Assembly (NCBI GenBank): GCA_002490465.1 | Contig: DKUB01000061.1 | Span: 15,602-79,601, forward strand | Length of the DNA stretch: 64,000 nucleotides | Direction of reading: 5' to 3' | Source: Lachnoclostridium sp. UBA7215 | GTDB taxonomy: Bacteria > Bacillota > Clostridia > Lachnospirales > Lachnospiraceae | Notes under the pieces: generated by a model | The model's database searches: none | What the model saw: only the letters and a program-made list of their open reading frames with translations | Told to the model about the DNA's origin: nothing | In this document: positions 40,208 to 51,079 of the stretch, one piece after another | Layout: every line of letters starts with the position of its first letter | Position numbering within the stretch: the first letter of the stretch is position 1 | Position numbers and translations under genes: made by a program

Positions 40208-41134
40208 TTAGAATAAGTCCTTTTTACGAAACAGAATCGCCACTAGACCGGACACAACAAAAGTCAGTATAATTACTGTTATAAAACCATATGGCGCATG
40301 CCCAAGGGGAATGATATCAAAATTCATTCCAAAAAAACTGGCGATCATAGTTGGAATTGAAAGCACAATTGTGACAGTTGCCAGAAATTTCATCACAATA
40401 TTCAGGTTATTGGAAATAACAGAGGCAAAGGCATCCATCATGCCGCTTAAAATTCCGCTGTAAATGTTCGCCATCTCGATTGCCTGTTTATTCTCAATAA
40501 TGACATCTTCCAGCAAATCTTCATCCTCAGGATATTTACGCACTTTTTCTGTCCGGAGAAGTTTTTCCAAAACAACCTCATTGGAACGAAGAGAGGTCGT
40601 AAAATATACAAGACTCTTCTCTAATTCCAAAAGCTCTATCAGCTCACTGTTTTTCTGCGAAATATGAAGCTTCTCCTCGATCTGGTCACTTTTCCTGTCA
40701 ATAATCCTCAGATAGCGGAGATATGAAGTAGCATTCCTGTATAATATCTGAAATACAAAACGCGTCTTTTTAAATGTATAAAATTCCCTCACGCGCCGAT
40801 TTTCAAAAGCCTTTAAAACCGGAGATTTCTCCAGACAAACTGTAACGATCAGCTCCTTTGTCATATAAATGCCAAGAGGAATTGTCACATAGCGGTCCTT
40901 TTCATCCAGGGAAGGAATATCCACAAGGATCATCGTATAATTGTCTTCCAACTCTATTCGTGAGCGCTCTTCATCATCCAGGGGAGCCCGCAAATCGTCA
41001 ATATCAATACCCGTATCTTCCTGCAGGCGTTCCAGTTCCTCCCCTGTCGGATGTGTCACGGAGACCCAGCAGCCTTCCTCCACCTTGTCCATTTCCATCA
41101 GATCATCTTCTGTGGTCTTGTATATGGCAATCAT
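40208..41134 (-). CDS. corA: CorA-family Mg2+ transporter
   Basis: SNNLNIVMKFL, FGMNF signature, two C-terminal TM. Confidence 0.93.
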   Translation of the reverse strand: MIAIYKTTEDDLMEMDKVEEGCWVSVTHPTGEELERLQEDTGIDIDDLRAPLDDEERSRIELEDNYTMILVDIPSLDEKDRYVTIPLGIYMTKELIVTVCLEKSPVLKAFENRRVREFYTFKKTRFVFQILYRNATSYLRYLRIIDRKSDQIEEKLHISQKNSELIELLELEKSLVYFTTSLRSNEVVLEKLLRTEKVRKYPEDEDLLEDVIIENKQAIEMANIYSGILSGMMDAFASVISNNLNIVMKFLATVTIVLSIPTMIASFFGMNFDIIPLGHAPYGFITVIILTFVVSGLVAILFRKKDLF

Positions 41135-41224
41135 CAGAGTTCTCCTTTCCTTCCTTTGTAATTTCCTTTAACACCTGCGGCCCATTACAGGATAGCCTTT
41201 CGTGGGCCGCACATACGTGTTTTT

Positions 41225-41253
41225 ATTATATCGGGTTCAATACCCTTTGTCAA
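41225..41253 (-). promoter_or_regulatory. Consensus sigma-A promoter of corA
   Basis: TTGACA-N17-TATAAT. Confidence 0.75.
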
Positions 41254-41822
41254 ACTTTCTTTCGTATATGCAGCCCTGTTCCTCTGGCCAGCATCAGCGT
41301 CTCTGGCGAATTGCACTCAAAAAAGTCAGAAACACTCATATCCTGTTCCTCTAAAAACTGCTCAAAAGACATATCTTTTTCACAGACGTACTCCTTCTCT
41401 GTACTACATACATCCTCTTCTTCATCCTCATCACTTTCCATTTGGACTTCCGGGCGGTTATCATTATCGTCGTAATCATTATCATAATCATCATAATTAT
41501 CATCATCCGGTTCCATACGGGGTTCTGGTCTCATTGGAGGCTCCGGCCCTTCTGGCGGTCTTGGGCCTTCCGGTGGTCTCGGTCCTGTCGGAGGAACCGG
41601 CCTCTGTGGCGGTTTCGGCCCAAAGGGCGGCCTCATCATTCCCGGATATGGACGTGCCACAGGAATACAGATTTCCTGTCCCGGCTGCAAGTTATATACA
41701 TCAACATAAGGGTTCGCTCTTAAAATAAGCCCCAGTGGAACACGGTATCTCCTACTGAGTTGATAGAGATTATCCCCTTGCTTTATCACATGTACCATGC
41801 CATTACAATATCGCTGATTCAT
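41250..41822 (-). CDS. LysM-domain, Pro-rich/acidic protein (SafA-like spore coat candidate)
   Basis: HVIKQGDNLYQLSRRY...ANP...NLQPGQEICIP; PPxGPR repeats; degenerate C-terminal LysM. Confidence 0.8.
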   Translation of the reverse strand: MNQRYCNGMVHVIKQGDNLYQLSRRYRVPLGLILRANPYVDVYNLQPGQEICIPVARPYPGMMRPPFGPKPPQRPVPPTGPRPPEGPRPPEGPEPPMRPEPRMEPDDDNYDDYDNDYDDNDNRPEVQMESDEDEEEDVCSTEKEYVCEKDMSFEQFLEEQDMSVSDFFECNSPETLMLARGTGLHIRKKV

Positions 41823-41927
41823 GTTATGCCTTTCCTTATAAAATATTTTTTTATCATATTATTCCAGCAAAGAGAAAAAGGTGAAAAAAACACACATATC
41901 AAACCAAAATATGGCTTTTATCTTTTG

Positions 41928-41956
41928 TTGCAATTCGTAACTTTTTGTCGTATAAT
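41928..41956 (+). promoter_or_regulatory. Sigma-A promoter giving a ~200 nt leader for the activase gene
   Basis: TTGCAA-N17-TATAAT. Confidence 0.6.
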
Positions 41957-42159
41957 ATGATTTTAGTGGCGCGGCATAGTCTTTGTACTGCCGCATAAAA
42001 TTACAATAGACAAGGGAGTAGATGGAAATTTCAAGCTATCTATCATCTGAAATAGAAAGAGTGAAATTTTTCATTCCAGAAAAATTTTCACTCTATAAAG
42101 TTTGCGCATACGCGCAAACTTCGCTATGCGGAAAAGACATCCGCGAATGGAGGTAAAAT

Positions 42160-45100
42160 ATGAACAGAGTAGGAATTGATATCGGTTCTACGACAGTAAA
42201 AATTGCCATTTTAGATGACAGGAACCATATTATCTTTTCAGCTTATGAACGGCATTTTGCCAATATTCAGGAAACACTTCGCCAAATTATTGAACGGGCC
42301 TGTAAAGAACTTGGCAACCGGGATATTGCTCCTATGATTACCGGGTCCGGTGGTCTCTCGATCTCAACCTGCCTGGATATACCATTTGTCCAGGAAGTAG
42401 TAAGTGTAGCTACCGCATTAAAAGATTATGCACCACAGACTGATGTAGCAATAGAGCTTGGTGGAGAAGATGCCAAAATCATATATTTCACAGACGGTAT
42501 CGAACAGCGCATGAACGGGATTTGCGCAGGTGGTACCGGTTCTTTTATTGACCAGATGGCAACGCTTTTGAAAACAGATGCTGCCGGATTAAATGAATAT
42601 GCAAAAAGCTATCAAGCTCTTTATCCTATTGCCGCCCGCTGCGGAGTATTTGCCAAGACAGACATTCAGCCATTGATTAACGAGGGTGCTGCCAAGTCCG
42701 ATCTGGCCGCCTCCATTTTCCAGGCCGTTGTCAACCAGACGATAAGTGGTCTTGCCTGTGGTAAGCCAATTCGTGGAAATGTTGCCTTTCTTGGGGGGCC
42801 TCTGCATTTTCTTACAGAATTAAAAGAAGCTTTTATCCGCACTCTGAAACTTGAGGGGGATGCCATTATTGCGCCGGATAATTCGCACCTTTTTGCTGCC
42901 AGCGGTGCCGCCATGAATTCACAGGGCGAGCATACAACTACTCTTGAAAAGCTGTTAAATAAACTTTCGAATGAAATTAAAATAGAATTTGAAGTGACTC
43001 GTATGGAGCCGCTTTTTAAAGACGAAACCGAATACAACCATTTTCTGCAGGAACACAGTATTCACAGTGTAAAAAAATCAGAGCTGGCAAACTATGAGGG
43101 TAATGTATTTCTTGGTGTAGATGCCGGCTCCACAACAACAAAAGTTGCTCTTGTCGGTGAAGACGGCTCACTGTTATATTCTTTTTATGATAATAACAAC
43201 GGAAGCCCGTTAAAAACAACGATTAAAGCGATTAAGGAAATTTATGAGCTTCTTCCGGACAGTGCTTCTATCGTGCGCTCCTGTTCTACCGGTTACGGAG
43301 AAGCTCTGATTCAATCCGCCCTCATGCTTGATGAAGGAGAAGTGGAGACGGTATCCCATTATTACGCCGCATCCTTTTTTGAGCCAAAAGTGGACTGCAT
43401 CCTGGACATCGGCGGGCAGGATATGAAATGTATAAAAATAAAAAATGAATCGGTAGACAGTGTACAGCTTAACGAAGCATGTTCTTCCGGCTGTGGCTCT
43501 TTCATCGAAACTTTTGCACGTTCCTTGAACTATGATGTAAAGGATTTCGCTAAACTTGCCCTTTTTGCTGAAAATCCAATTGACCTGGGCTCACGCTGTA
43601 CGGTATTTATGAATTCAAAAGTTAAACAGGCCCAGAAAGAAGGCGCTACTGTTGCTGATATCTCTGCCGGACTTGCTATTTCTGTTATTAAAAATGCCCT
43701 GTTAAAAGTAATTAAGCTGACAGACCCAAAGGACCTTGGAAAAAATGTCGTCGTGCAGGGGGGGACCTTTTATAACGATGCTGTCTTAAGAAGTTTTGAA
43801 CGCGTTTCCGGCTGTCACGCTGTACGTCCGGATATTGCCGGTATCATGGGTGCATTTGGTGCTGCCCTCATCGCCCGCGAACACTACGAAGAGGACATGG
43901 AAACAACAATGCTTCCATTAGAAGAAATCATTAACCTTAAATTTGAGAGCTCTATGGCCCGTTGTAAAGGTTGTACAAACCACTGCCTCCTGACCATAAA
44001 CCGTTTTACTGGCGGCCGTCAGTTTATTTCCGGCAACCGCTGCGAACGAGGGCTGGGACGCGAAAAAACACATCAGGATATTCCAAATCTCTACGACTAT
44101 AAAAACAAGCGGCTGTTTGATTATTACAAACCTCTGCCTGCAGATAAGGCATACCGTGGAAAAGTGGGAATTCCCCGTGTATTAAATATGTATGAAAACT
44201 ATCCATACTGGTTTACCTTCTTTACAGGGCTCGGCTACGAGGTAGTGCTCTCTCCGGCATCTTCCCGGAAAATATATTCACTTGGTATCGAATCCATTCC
44301 AAGTGAATCAGAGTGCTATCCCGCCAAACTGGCCCACGGCCATATTATGTGGTTATTAAACCAAGGTGTAACTTATATCTTCTATCCATGTGTCCCTTAT
44401 GAGCGCAAGGAATTTGACGGTGCAGGCAATCACTATAACTGTCCTATTGTCACATCTTATGGAGAGAATATAAAAAATAACATTGAAGAGTTAAAAGACG
44501 ATTCAATTATATTTCAAAATCCCTTTGTTTCCTTTGAGAGCGATAAGATTCTTGCCAATGAGCTTGTGAAATATATCAGTAAACAAAATGATATTCCTGC
44601 CAGTGAAATAAAGCAGGCCGCCCATAAGGCTTATGAAGAGCTTCTAAAAACCCGCGAGGACATAAAACAAAAGGGAAAAGAGGTCCTTGAATGGATGGAA
44701 AAAAATAACAGGCGGGGAATTGTGCTGGCTGGCCGCCCATATCATATCGATCCGGAAATCAATCACGGTATTCCGGAACTTATAACATCCTATGACATTG
44801 CTGTGTTGTCCGAAGACAGCATTTCCCATCTGGCACCAGTTGACCGGCCAACAATTGCCATGGATCAGTGGATGTACCATTCCCGTCTCTATGGTGCAGC
44901 CAGCTTTGTCCGCACACAGGAAAACCTGGAATTAATCCAGCTCAATTCCTTTGGCTGCGGCCTGGATGCCGTTACAACGGACCAGGTAAATGACATTTTG
45001 ACAGATTCCGGGAAAATATGCACCGTATTAAAAATTGATGAAGTAAATAACCTGGGAGCCGCACGCATCCGTATCCGCTCGCTGATATCTGCAGTGAAAG

Positions 45101-46407
45101 ACCGTGCCCGCAAGGGAATAAAACCGCATGTGGCCGATTCTTCCCATCACCGGGTTATATTTACGAAAGAAATGAGGAAAAACTATACTATTCTGGCACC
45201 ACAGATGTCACCTATACATTTTGACATACTGATGCCTGCCCTCGCTGCCTGCGGCTATAACCTGGTACCTCTGCCAAGTGGTGTCGGGGAACTTGATTAT
45301 GGCCTGAAATATGTAAATAACGATGCCTGCTATCCATCACTGCTTGTTGTGGGACAATTTATGAAAGCCCTGCTTTCCGGAGAATATGACCTGGATAAAA
45401 CAGCAGTCATTATCACACAGACTGGTGGTGGATGTCGTGCTACCAATTATATCGGATTTATTCGACGTGCTCTGAAAAAAGCCGGAATGGAACAAATTCC
45501 GGTAATTTCCCTCAGTGCCGGTATTGAATCCAATCCAGGATTTAAAATAAATTACAGGCTTTTAAAAGGAGCGATCCACTCATTACTCTATGGAGATTTG
45601 TTTATGAGGGTTGTCTACCGCACCCGCCCATATGAGAAGGTACCTGGCTCTGTCAATGCGCTCCATGAAAAATGGAAAAAACGCTGTATTGAAGCCGTCA
45701 AGAATCCAAGACAGTCCGAATTTAAGAAAAATGTAAATGAGATTGTAAGAGATTTTGATAATATTGAACTGGATGAAACCATTTTAAAACCCCGCGTTGG
45801 CATTGTGGGTGAAATTCTTGTAAAATTTCTTCCAGCTGCCAATAACTATGTTGTTGATCTATTAGAAAAAGAGGGGGCAGAGGCAGTCTGCCCGGATATG
45901 CTTGACTTTTTTATGTATAGTGCCTATGACAGTTCCTTTAAGGCAGATCATCTGGGCTTTAGCAAGATGGGCAAAACATTAGGTAATGCAGCAATCTGGC
46001 TGATGGAAAGCTTTCGCAAACCAATGCGGAAAGCACTGGAAAACAGTAAACGCTTTTCACCACCCCCGGGAATATATGAGCTCGCCAAATATGCTGAACC
46101 TTTTGTATCTACCGGCAACCAGACTGGTGAAGGCTGGTTCCTCACCGGAGAAATGATTGAGCTGCTCCACTCCAACGTGCCAAATATTGTCTGCACACAA
46201 CCCTTTGGCTGTCTTCCAAATCACGTTGTTGGAAAGGGTGTAATCAAACAGCTCCGAAAAGCTTTTCCAAGTTCTAATATTGTTGCTGTAGACTACGACC
46301 CGGGTGCCAGTGAAGTAAATCAGCTAAACCGGATAAAACTGATGTTAGCAACAGCCCAAAAAGGGGCGGCTGAGAACCGCGCCCCTCTCAAAAATCAGCA
46401 AAGCTGA
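42160..46407 (+). CDS. 2-hydroxyacyl-CoA dehydratase activase-related fusion (two BcrAD/BadFG ATPase modules plus DUF2229/dehydratase-like region)
   Basis: [62 protein letters not shown]. Confidence 0.88.
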   Translation: MNRVGIDIGSTTVKIAILDDRNHIIFSAYERHFANIQETLRQIIERACKELGNRDIAPMITGSGGLSISTCLDIPFVQEVVSVATALKDYAPQTDVAIELGGEDAKIIYFTDGIEQRMNGICAGGTGSFIDQMATLLKTDAAGLNEYAKSYQALYPIAARCGVFAKTDIQPLINEGAAKSDLAASIFQAVVNQTISGLACGKPIRGNVAFLGGPLHFLTELKEAFIRTLKLEGDAIIAPDNSHLFAASGAAMNSQGEHTTTLEKLLNKLSNEIKIEFEVTRMEPLFKDETEYNHFLQEHSIHSVKKSELANYEGNVFLGVDAGSTTTKVALVGEDGSLLYSFYDNNNGSPLKTTIKAIKEIYELLPDSASIVRSCSTGYGEALIQSALMLDEGEVETVSHYYAASFFEPKVDCILDIGGQDMKCIKIKNESVDSVQLNEACSSGCGSFIETFARSLNYDVKDFAKLALFAENPIDLGSRCTVFMNSKVKQAQKEGATVADISAGLAISVIKNALLKVIKLTDPKDLGKNVVVQGGTFYNDAVLRSFERVSGCHAVRPDIAGIMGAFGAALIAREHYEEDMETTMLPLEEIINLKFESSMARCKGCTNHCLLTINRFTGGRQFISGNRCERGLGREKTHQDIPNLYDYKNKRLFDYYKPLPADKAYRGKVGIPRVLNMYENYPYWFTFFTGLGYEVVLSPASSRKIYSLGIESIPSESECYPAKLAHGHIMWLLNQGVTYIFYPCVPYERKEFDGAGNHYNCPIVTSYGENIKNNIEELKDDSIIFQNPFVSFESDKILANELVKYISKQNDIPASEIKQAAHKAYEELLKTREDIKQKGKEVLEWMEKNNRRGIVLAGRPYHIDPEINHGIPELITSYDIAVLSEDSISHLAPVDRPTIAMDQWMYHSRLYGAASFVRTQENLELIQLNSFGCGLDAVTTDQVNDILTDSGKICTVLKIDEVNNLGAARIRIRSLISAVKDRARKGIKPHVADSSHHRVIFTKEMRKNYTILAPQMSPIHFDILMPALAACGYNLVPLPSGVGELDYGLKYVNNDACYPSLLVVGQFMKALLSGEYDLDKTAVIITQTGGGCRATNYIGFIRRALKKAGMEQIPVISLSAGIESNPGFKINYRLLKGAIHSLLYGDLFMRVVYRTRPYEKVPGSVNALHEKWKKRCIEAVKNPRQSEFKKNVNEIVRDFDNIELDETILKPRVGIVGEILVKFLPAANNYVVDLLEKEGAEAVCPDMLDFFMYSAYDSSFKADHLGFSKMGKTLGNAAIWLMESFRKPMRKALENSKRFSPPPGIYELAKYAEPFVSTGNQTGEGWFLTGEMIELLHSNVPNIVCTQPFGCLPNHVVGKGVIKQLRKAFPSSNIVAVDYDPGASEVNQLNRIKLMLATAQKGAAENRAPLKNQQS

Positions 46408-46502
46408 TTCTTGCTCCGCACCAAACGACTTTCTATATAACCCATAGGGCGGCTGAGAACCGCGCCCCTCTCAAAAATCAGCAAAGCTGATTCTCGCTCC
46501 GC
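46364..46502 (+). repeat. Two direct copies (56 bp, 1 mismatch) of a two-hairpin REP-like repeat, 27 bp apart
   Basis: GGGCGGCTGAGAACCGCGCCCCTCTCAAAAATCAGCAAAGCTGATTCT(T/C)GCTCCGC at 46364-46419 and 46447-46502. Confidence 0.9.
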
Positions 46503-46524
46503 GGAAATCGGAATTTCCTATAGG

Positions 46525-46572
46525 AAAAAACTGCAATAAATCGTTTTCAAATTCGATTTATTGCAGTTTTTT
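46525..46572. terminator. Bidirectional terminator
   Basis: AAAAAACTGCAATAAATCG...CGATTTATTGCAGTTTTTT. Confidence 0.88.
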
Positions 46573-46597
46573 ATTTTATAAATCAATTCTCTCGTGG

Positions 46598-48799
46598 TTA
46601 TCTCTTTTTACGAACTATCATTACTCCAATGATAACCATCAAGGACAATCCCATAGCAAGAATCGGGAACAGGAAATTCATGGAGTCCCCTGTCTTTGGT
46701 GATGCATCAGCCAATGGCACTTCATTATCCGGAATTGTCGTTGTAGACTTTTTATTTTTATCCGGATCCGCCTTGCCTAGCGGCGTATCATCGTCATCTA
46801 ACGTTGTCAGCGGAGCTTCTGTAGCATCCGGGTCAACGGATGGCTCTGCAGATGGATCCAACGTCACATCAGGTTCTTCTGTCTCTGTTATCTCTGTCGG
46901 TGGTGCAAAAGGATCTGGAGTATCAGACGGCAGCGGCGTATCTTCCGGATCAACAGATGCAGCGGCATCCGGAGTCGTTGTTGCCTCTGATGGTGCCAGG
47001 GGATCCGAAGTCGATGTCGGTAACGGTGTCTCTACCATTGCTGGCGTATTGGTCGGCAATGGCGTAGGTGTTACTAACGGCATAAACGGCGGCTGAGTCG
47101 GAGCCGGTGTCGGTGTCGAAACCGGGATACCCGTTGACTCTGGAGGATCCGTTGGCTTCGGAGTCTTTGCCGGTCCCGGCGTCTTATCTGTATCCGGAGT
47201 TTTGTCTGGCTTCGGCGTATCTACCGGATCTGGCACATCCGTTACAACTGGTGTTCTGGTTGGATCCGGCGCACTCGTCGGTTCTGCTGTCCCTGTTGCT
47301 TCCGGTGTCTTCGATGAAGCCGGAGCATCCGTTACAACCGGGGTACTGGTCGGTAGCGGCGTAGGTGTCACTAACGGCACAAACGGCGGCTGAGTCGGAG
47401 CCGGTGTCATGGTCGGTGTATCTGTCGGCTCTGGCACATCTGTTACAACCGGGGTACTGGTCGGCTCTGCCGTCCCTGTCGTTTCCGGTGTATCTGTCGG
47501 CTCTGGTACATCCGTTACAACCGGAGTATTCGTCGGCAGCGGCGTAGGTGTCACTAACGGTATAAACGGCGGCTGGGTCGGAGCCGGTGTCATGGTCGGT
47601 GTATCTGTCGGCTCTGGCACATCCGTTACCATCGGGGTACTGGTCGGAGCCGCTGTCTTTACAGGCGGCGGTGTACGTCTCTCATGAACATCCTCTGACC
47701 AAATCGGTGTCGCCGTCGGCTTTTCTGTTTCTTTTATGTTCTCTGTCGGCAATGGGGTCTTTGTCGGCGCCGGCTCCGGCGTGTCCGTCGGATCCGCTGT
47801 CTCTACGGGCGGCGGTGTACGTCTCTCATGGACATCCTCCGACCAGATTGGTGTCTCTTTTGGTTTTTCCGTTTCATTTACTTTTTTTGTCGGCTCCGGT
47901 GTCTTTGTTATCTTTGGTTTTTTCGTTGGAGCCGGCGTAGGAGTCACTTCCGGCACATCCTGATATATCATATGCCACTCACCACTATTGCTGACTATGG
48001 TATCACACACCAGCCATCCTTCACCTGTGACATTCAAATTTACCATTGCATTCGGCGCTATAATAGTAGCATGCATTTTATCAGAAGAAATAGCCAGCTT
48101 CACAAGATTCGGCATATTCCATATAATAGTCTTCGCCATCTCCTCCGGATCTTTCTTACCATCCAATACCTCTACGCTATAACGCGGTATCTCAAATGAC
48201 TTATTCTCTTTAATATTGAAAACCAATGTCTGATCTTCACGCAGCTTGATTTTCAGACCGCCATTTTGTATCCTTCCAGCATTCAATGCTGCCACCATCG
48301 GGTCAGCATTGACATATACAGTTTCTTTACCAATATCCGTTATGTCCACAGTGTAAGAATTCTGATCTTTTACTTCCACAGGGGTCTCATAATCGCTTTT
48401 ATCTACTACCGAGGATGAATAACTTTTAATAGAAGCAAGCAAATCTTTAACTATCGCTGCTGCTTCTTCTCCTTCTATAATGACAGGTTCATGACGGAAC
48501 TGTGTTTTTCCGACAATCTCTCCAGCAAGAATACGTCCTGCCGCATTTGCCTTGTCCTTTGAAATTGTATTTCCACACCACTGTCCATTTGGCTGATACT
48601 TCAAAACAGCAAAATTTGTCTCCATGTCCGCAGTCTGGTTTAAAAAGTTACATATAATGCCAAACTCCAATCCTGCTTTTGCCAAAAACGGCTCATTTTT
48701 ATCACCCGAAGCCTGCGATGCCCCTCCGATGACTAAAAATACAAGCAATATTGCCAAAACAGGCAAAGCTATTTTTAGCAGCAATCCTTTCTTATTCAT
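46598..48799 (-). CDS. Sortase-anchored surface protein: choice-of-anchor-A-like domain plus long Pro/Thr-rich stalk
   Basis: Signal peptide; IIWNMPN...IIAPNA...GEWH; ~400 aa PT-rich region; SPKTG, TM, KKR tail. Confidence 0.82.
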   Translation of the reverse strand: MNKKGLLLKIALPVLAILLVFLVIGGASQASGDKNEPFLAKAGLEFGIICNFLNQTADMETNFAVLKYQPNGQWCGNTISKDKANAAGRILAGEIVGKTQFRHEPVIIEGEEAAAIVKDLLASIKSYSSSVVDKSDYETPVEVKDQNSYTVDITDIGKETVYVNADPMVAALNAGRIQNGGLKIKLREDQTLVFNIKENKSFEIPRYSVEVLDGKKDPEEMAKTIIWNMPNLVKLAISSDKMHATIIAPNAMVNLNVTGEGWLVCDTIVSNSGEWHMIYQDVPEVTPTPAPTKKPKITKTPEPTKKVNETEKPKETPIWSEDVHERRTPPPVETADPTDTPEPAPTKTPLPTENIKETEKPTATPIWSEDVHERRTPPPVKTAAPTSTPMVTDVPEPTDTPTMTPAPTQPPFIPLVTPTPLPTNTPVVTDVPEPTDTPETTGTAEPTSTPVVTDVPEPTDTPTMTPAPTQPPFVPLVTPTPLPTSTPVVTDAPASSKTPEATGTAEPTSAPDPTRTPVVTDVPDPVDTPKPDKTPDTDKTPGPAKTPKPTDPPESTGIPVSTPTPAPTQPPFMPLVTPTPLPTNTPAMVETPLPTSTSDPLAPSEATTTPDAAASVDPEDTPLPSDTPDPFAPPTEITETEEPDVTLDPSAEPSVDPDATEAPLTTLDDDDTPLGKADPDKNKKSTTTIPDNEVPLADASPKTGDSMNFLFPILAMGLSLMVIIGVMIVRKKR
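47040..47880 (-). repeat. Intragenic repeats encoding the PT stalk
   Basis: 3x PAPTQPPF(I/V/M)PLVTPTPLPT; 2x ETEKPxxTPIWSEDVHERRTPPPV; multiple VTDVPEPTDTP. Confidence 0.85.
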
Positions 48800-48974
48800 C
48801 CTCATCATCCCCCTGCATTTGTTACAAGACATAAAGTTCCATATTTAATTATTATCATAACATACCTGTCAAATGATAGCAAGTTAATTCTGAAAAGTCC
48901 GGCAAAATCATTATACTTTTTCCTGTTACCTCTTACTCCATTATATGGAACAAATTACCAAATGAACCAAAAAC

Positions 48975-49655
48975 TCACTCTCTCATTTCCGGAATCTGCC
49001 AGTTAATTGGAGATACGCCATGCTGCTCCAAAAATGTATTGGTCTGACTAAAAGGCCTGCTTCCAAAAAAGCCACGGTACGCCGACAGGGGGCTTGGGTG
49101 AGGCGCTTTTAATATTAAATGTTTCGGATTGTTCAGCATACTGGCCTTTTCCTGCGCTGGTTTTCCCCATAATATAAAAACAATTGGGCGGTCCTGCTGA
49201 TTTACTGCAGCAATTGCAGCATCCGTAAACTCGTCCCATCCAACGCCCCGGTGGGACATTGGTTTGTGTGCCTGTACCGTCAGAACCGTATTCAGAAGAA
49301 GAACACCCTGTTCTGCCCATGATGTCAGATATCCATGACTCGGTATTGTACAACCCAGATCATCATGAAGCTCTTTATAAATATTTTGCAGAGACGGAGG
49401 TATTTCCACATCAGGCTTAACAGAAAAGCACAACCCATGAGCCTGCCCTACATTATGATAGGGGTCCTGACCAATAATTACCGCCTTCACCTTATTGAGA
49501 GGAGTCAGGTGAAAGGCTGTAAATATCTCATCTGCAGGTGGAAATACCTGTACTTTACTATACTGCTCACGGATAAATAAAAACAGTTCCCGATAATAAT
49601 CTTTTGCAAACTCCCCCTTTAATGCTTCTTTCCACTCACCTGTCAAACCTGGCAT
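48975..49655 (-). CDS. ung: Uracil-DNA glycosylase
   Basis: GQDPYH, QAHGLCFSV, HPSPLS. Confidence 0.97.
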   Translation of the reverse strand: MPGLTGEWKEALKGEFAKDYYRELFLFIREQYSKVQVFPPADEIFTAFHLTPLNKVKAVIIGQDPYHNVGQAHGLCFSVKPDVEIPPSLQNIYKELHDDLGCTIPSHGYLTSWAEQGVLLLNTVLTVQAHKPMSHRGVGWDEFTDAAIAAVNQQDRPIVFILWGKPAQEKASMLNNPKHLILKAPHPSPLSAYRGFFGSRPFSQTNTFLEQHGVSPINWQIPEMRE

Positions 49656-49681
49656 AACTTTTCAACTTAACCTCCTATCCT

Positions 49682-50443
49682 TTACAGACGAACACTAATC
49701 CCCCGCTCATGCAAAAACTCTTTTAGTTCACGAATTTCCAGCTCTTTAAAATGGAACAGAGAAGCCGCTAAAACAGCGTCTGCTCTTCCCTCTGTCAAAG
49801 CATCATAAAAATGCTCTTTTTTTCCAGCACCGCCGGAAGCAATAACCGGAATAGATACATTATCTGATACTGTCCGCGTCAATAGTGTATCATATCCGTC
49901 CTTTGTTCCGTCACAATCCATACTGGTCAGCAAAATCTCTCCCGCTCCTAACCTCTCTGCCTCCATTGCCCATTCAACAGCATCCATCTTCATATCAATC
50001 CGTCCGCCATTTTTGTAAATGGTCCAGCCACTGCCATTCTCACGTCTTTTGGCATCAATCGCCACCACAACACATTGGCTTCCAAATTTGTCAGCCGCCT
50101 CGGAAACCAGCGAAGGATTTAAAATTGCCGCCGAGTTGACAGCCACTTTATCCGCCCCCTCACGCAATATCATCTTAAAATCTTCAATACTCCGGATTCC
50201 TCCTCCAACAGTAAAAGGAATAAACACTGTTTCCGCCACTTTCCGTACTAAATTTACCTTGATGTCCCTTGCATCACTTGACGCCGTAATATCCAGGAAC
50301 ACAAGCTCATCTGCTCCAGCACGGCCATAAGCAGCACCTACTTCCACAGGATCCCCTGCATCCGTTAAGTCAACAAAATTTACTCCTTTCACCACACGCC
50401 CATCTTTAACATCCAGACAAGGAATGACACGTTTCGTAAACAT
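49682..50443 (-). CDS. hisF: Imidazole glycerol phosphate synthase cyclase subunit
   Basis: [28 protein letters not shown]. Confidence 0.97.
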   Translation of the reverse strand: MFTKRVIPCLDVKDGRVVKGVNFVDLTDAGDPVEVGAAYGRAGADELVFLDITASSDARDIKVNLVRKVAETVFIPFTVGGGIRSIEDFKMILREGADKVAVNSAAILNPSLVSEAADKFGSQCVVVAIDAKRRENGSGWTIYKNGGRIDMKMDAVEWAMEAERLGAGEILLTSMDCDGTKDGYDTLLTRTVSDNVSIPVIASGGAGKKEHFYDALTEGRADAVLAASLFHFKELEIRELKEFLHERGISVRL

Positions 50444-50456
50444 TCAGTTCCTCCTT

Positions 50457-51065
50457 TTATATTGAAGCAAAATTTTTCAAAATTTGAAGCCCGACTTCTC
50501 CACTCTTTTCCGGATGGAACTGCGTAGCAAATATATTTCCATGTTCTGCTGCCGCATGCACCTTTACAATGTAATCCGTCGTTGCCGCAACATCATTAAT
50601 ATTTTCTGCCTGCAGATAATAGGAATGGACAAAGTATACATAGGAATGATTCGGAATACCCTTTAATAATTTAGAAGCCGGGTCAATAGAAATTGAATTC
50701 CAACCCATATGAGGAATCTTAAATCCATCGGTACTGGGGAACCGAACAATTTTTCCCGGCAAAAGACCCAATCCCTGGACATGATTTTTTGACTCCTCAC
50801 TAGAGTCAAAAAAAAGCTGCAGGCCAAGACATATTCCCAAAATCGGTGTTCCCTCTGCAGCCACTTTTTGCAATAAATCAGCCAAACGAAAGCGGGCCAT
50901 CTTCCCCATCGCATCCTCAAATGCGCCCACACCGGGGACGATGACCTTATCTGCTCTCTGAATATCCGGGAGATTTCTTGTTACCAGTGGCTTTTCGCCG
51001 ATATAACTTAAAGCCTTTTCTACGCTTTTAATATTTCCGGCATCATAATCCACAATTGCAATCAC
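50457..51065 (-). CDS. hisH: Imidazole glycerol phosphate synthase glutaminase subunit
   Basis: PGVGAF, GICLG, PHMGWN, QFHPEKS. Confidence 0.97.
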   Translation of the reverse strand: MIAIVDYDAGNIKSVEKALSYIGEKPLVTRNLPDIQRADKVIVPGVGAFEDAMGKMARFRLADLLQKVAAEGTPILGICLGLQLFFDSSEESKNHVQGLGLLPGKIVRFPSTDGFKIPHMGWNSISIDPASKLLKGIPNHSYVYFVHSYYLQAENINDVAATTDYIVKVHAAAEHGNIFATQFHPEKSGEVGLQILKNFASI

Positions 51066-51079
51066 AATAATCCCCCATT

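Noticed and set aside
46364-46502. Repeat-spacer-repeat resembling a mini CRISPR array
   Set aside because: Only two units, a 56 bp repeat is too long, no cas genes are present, and a diverged solo copy at 32381 points to a dispersed repeat.
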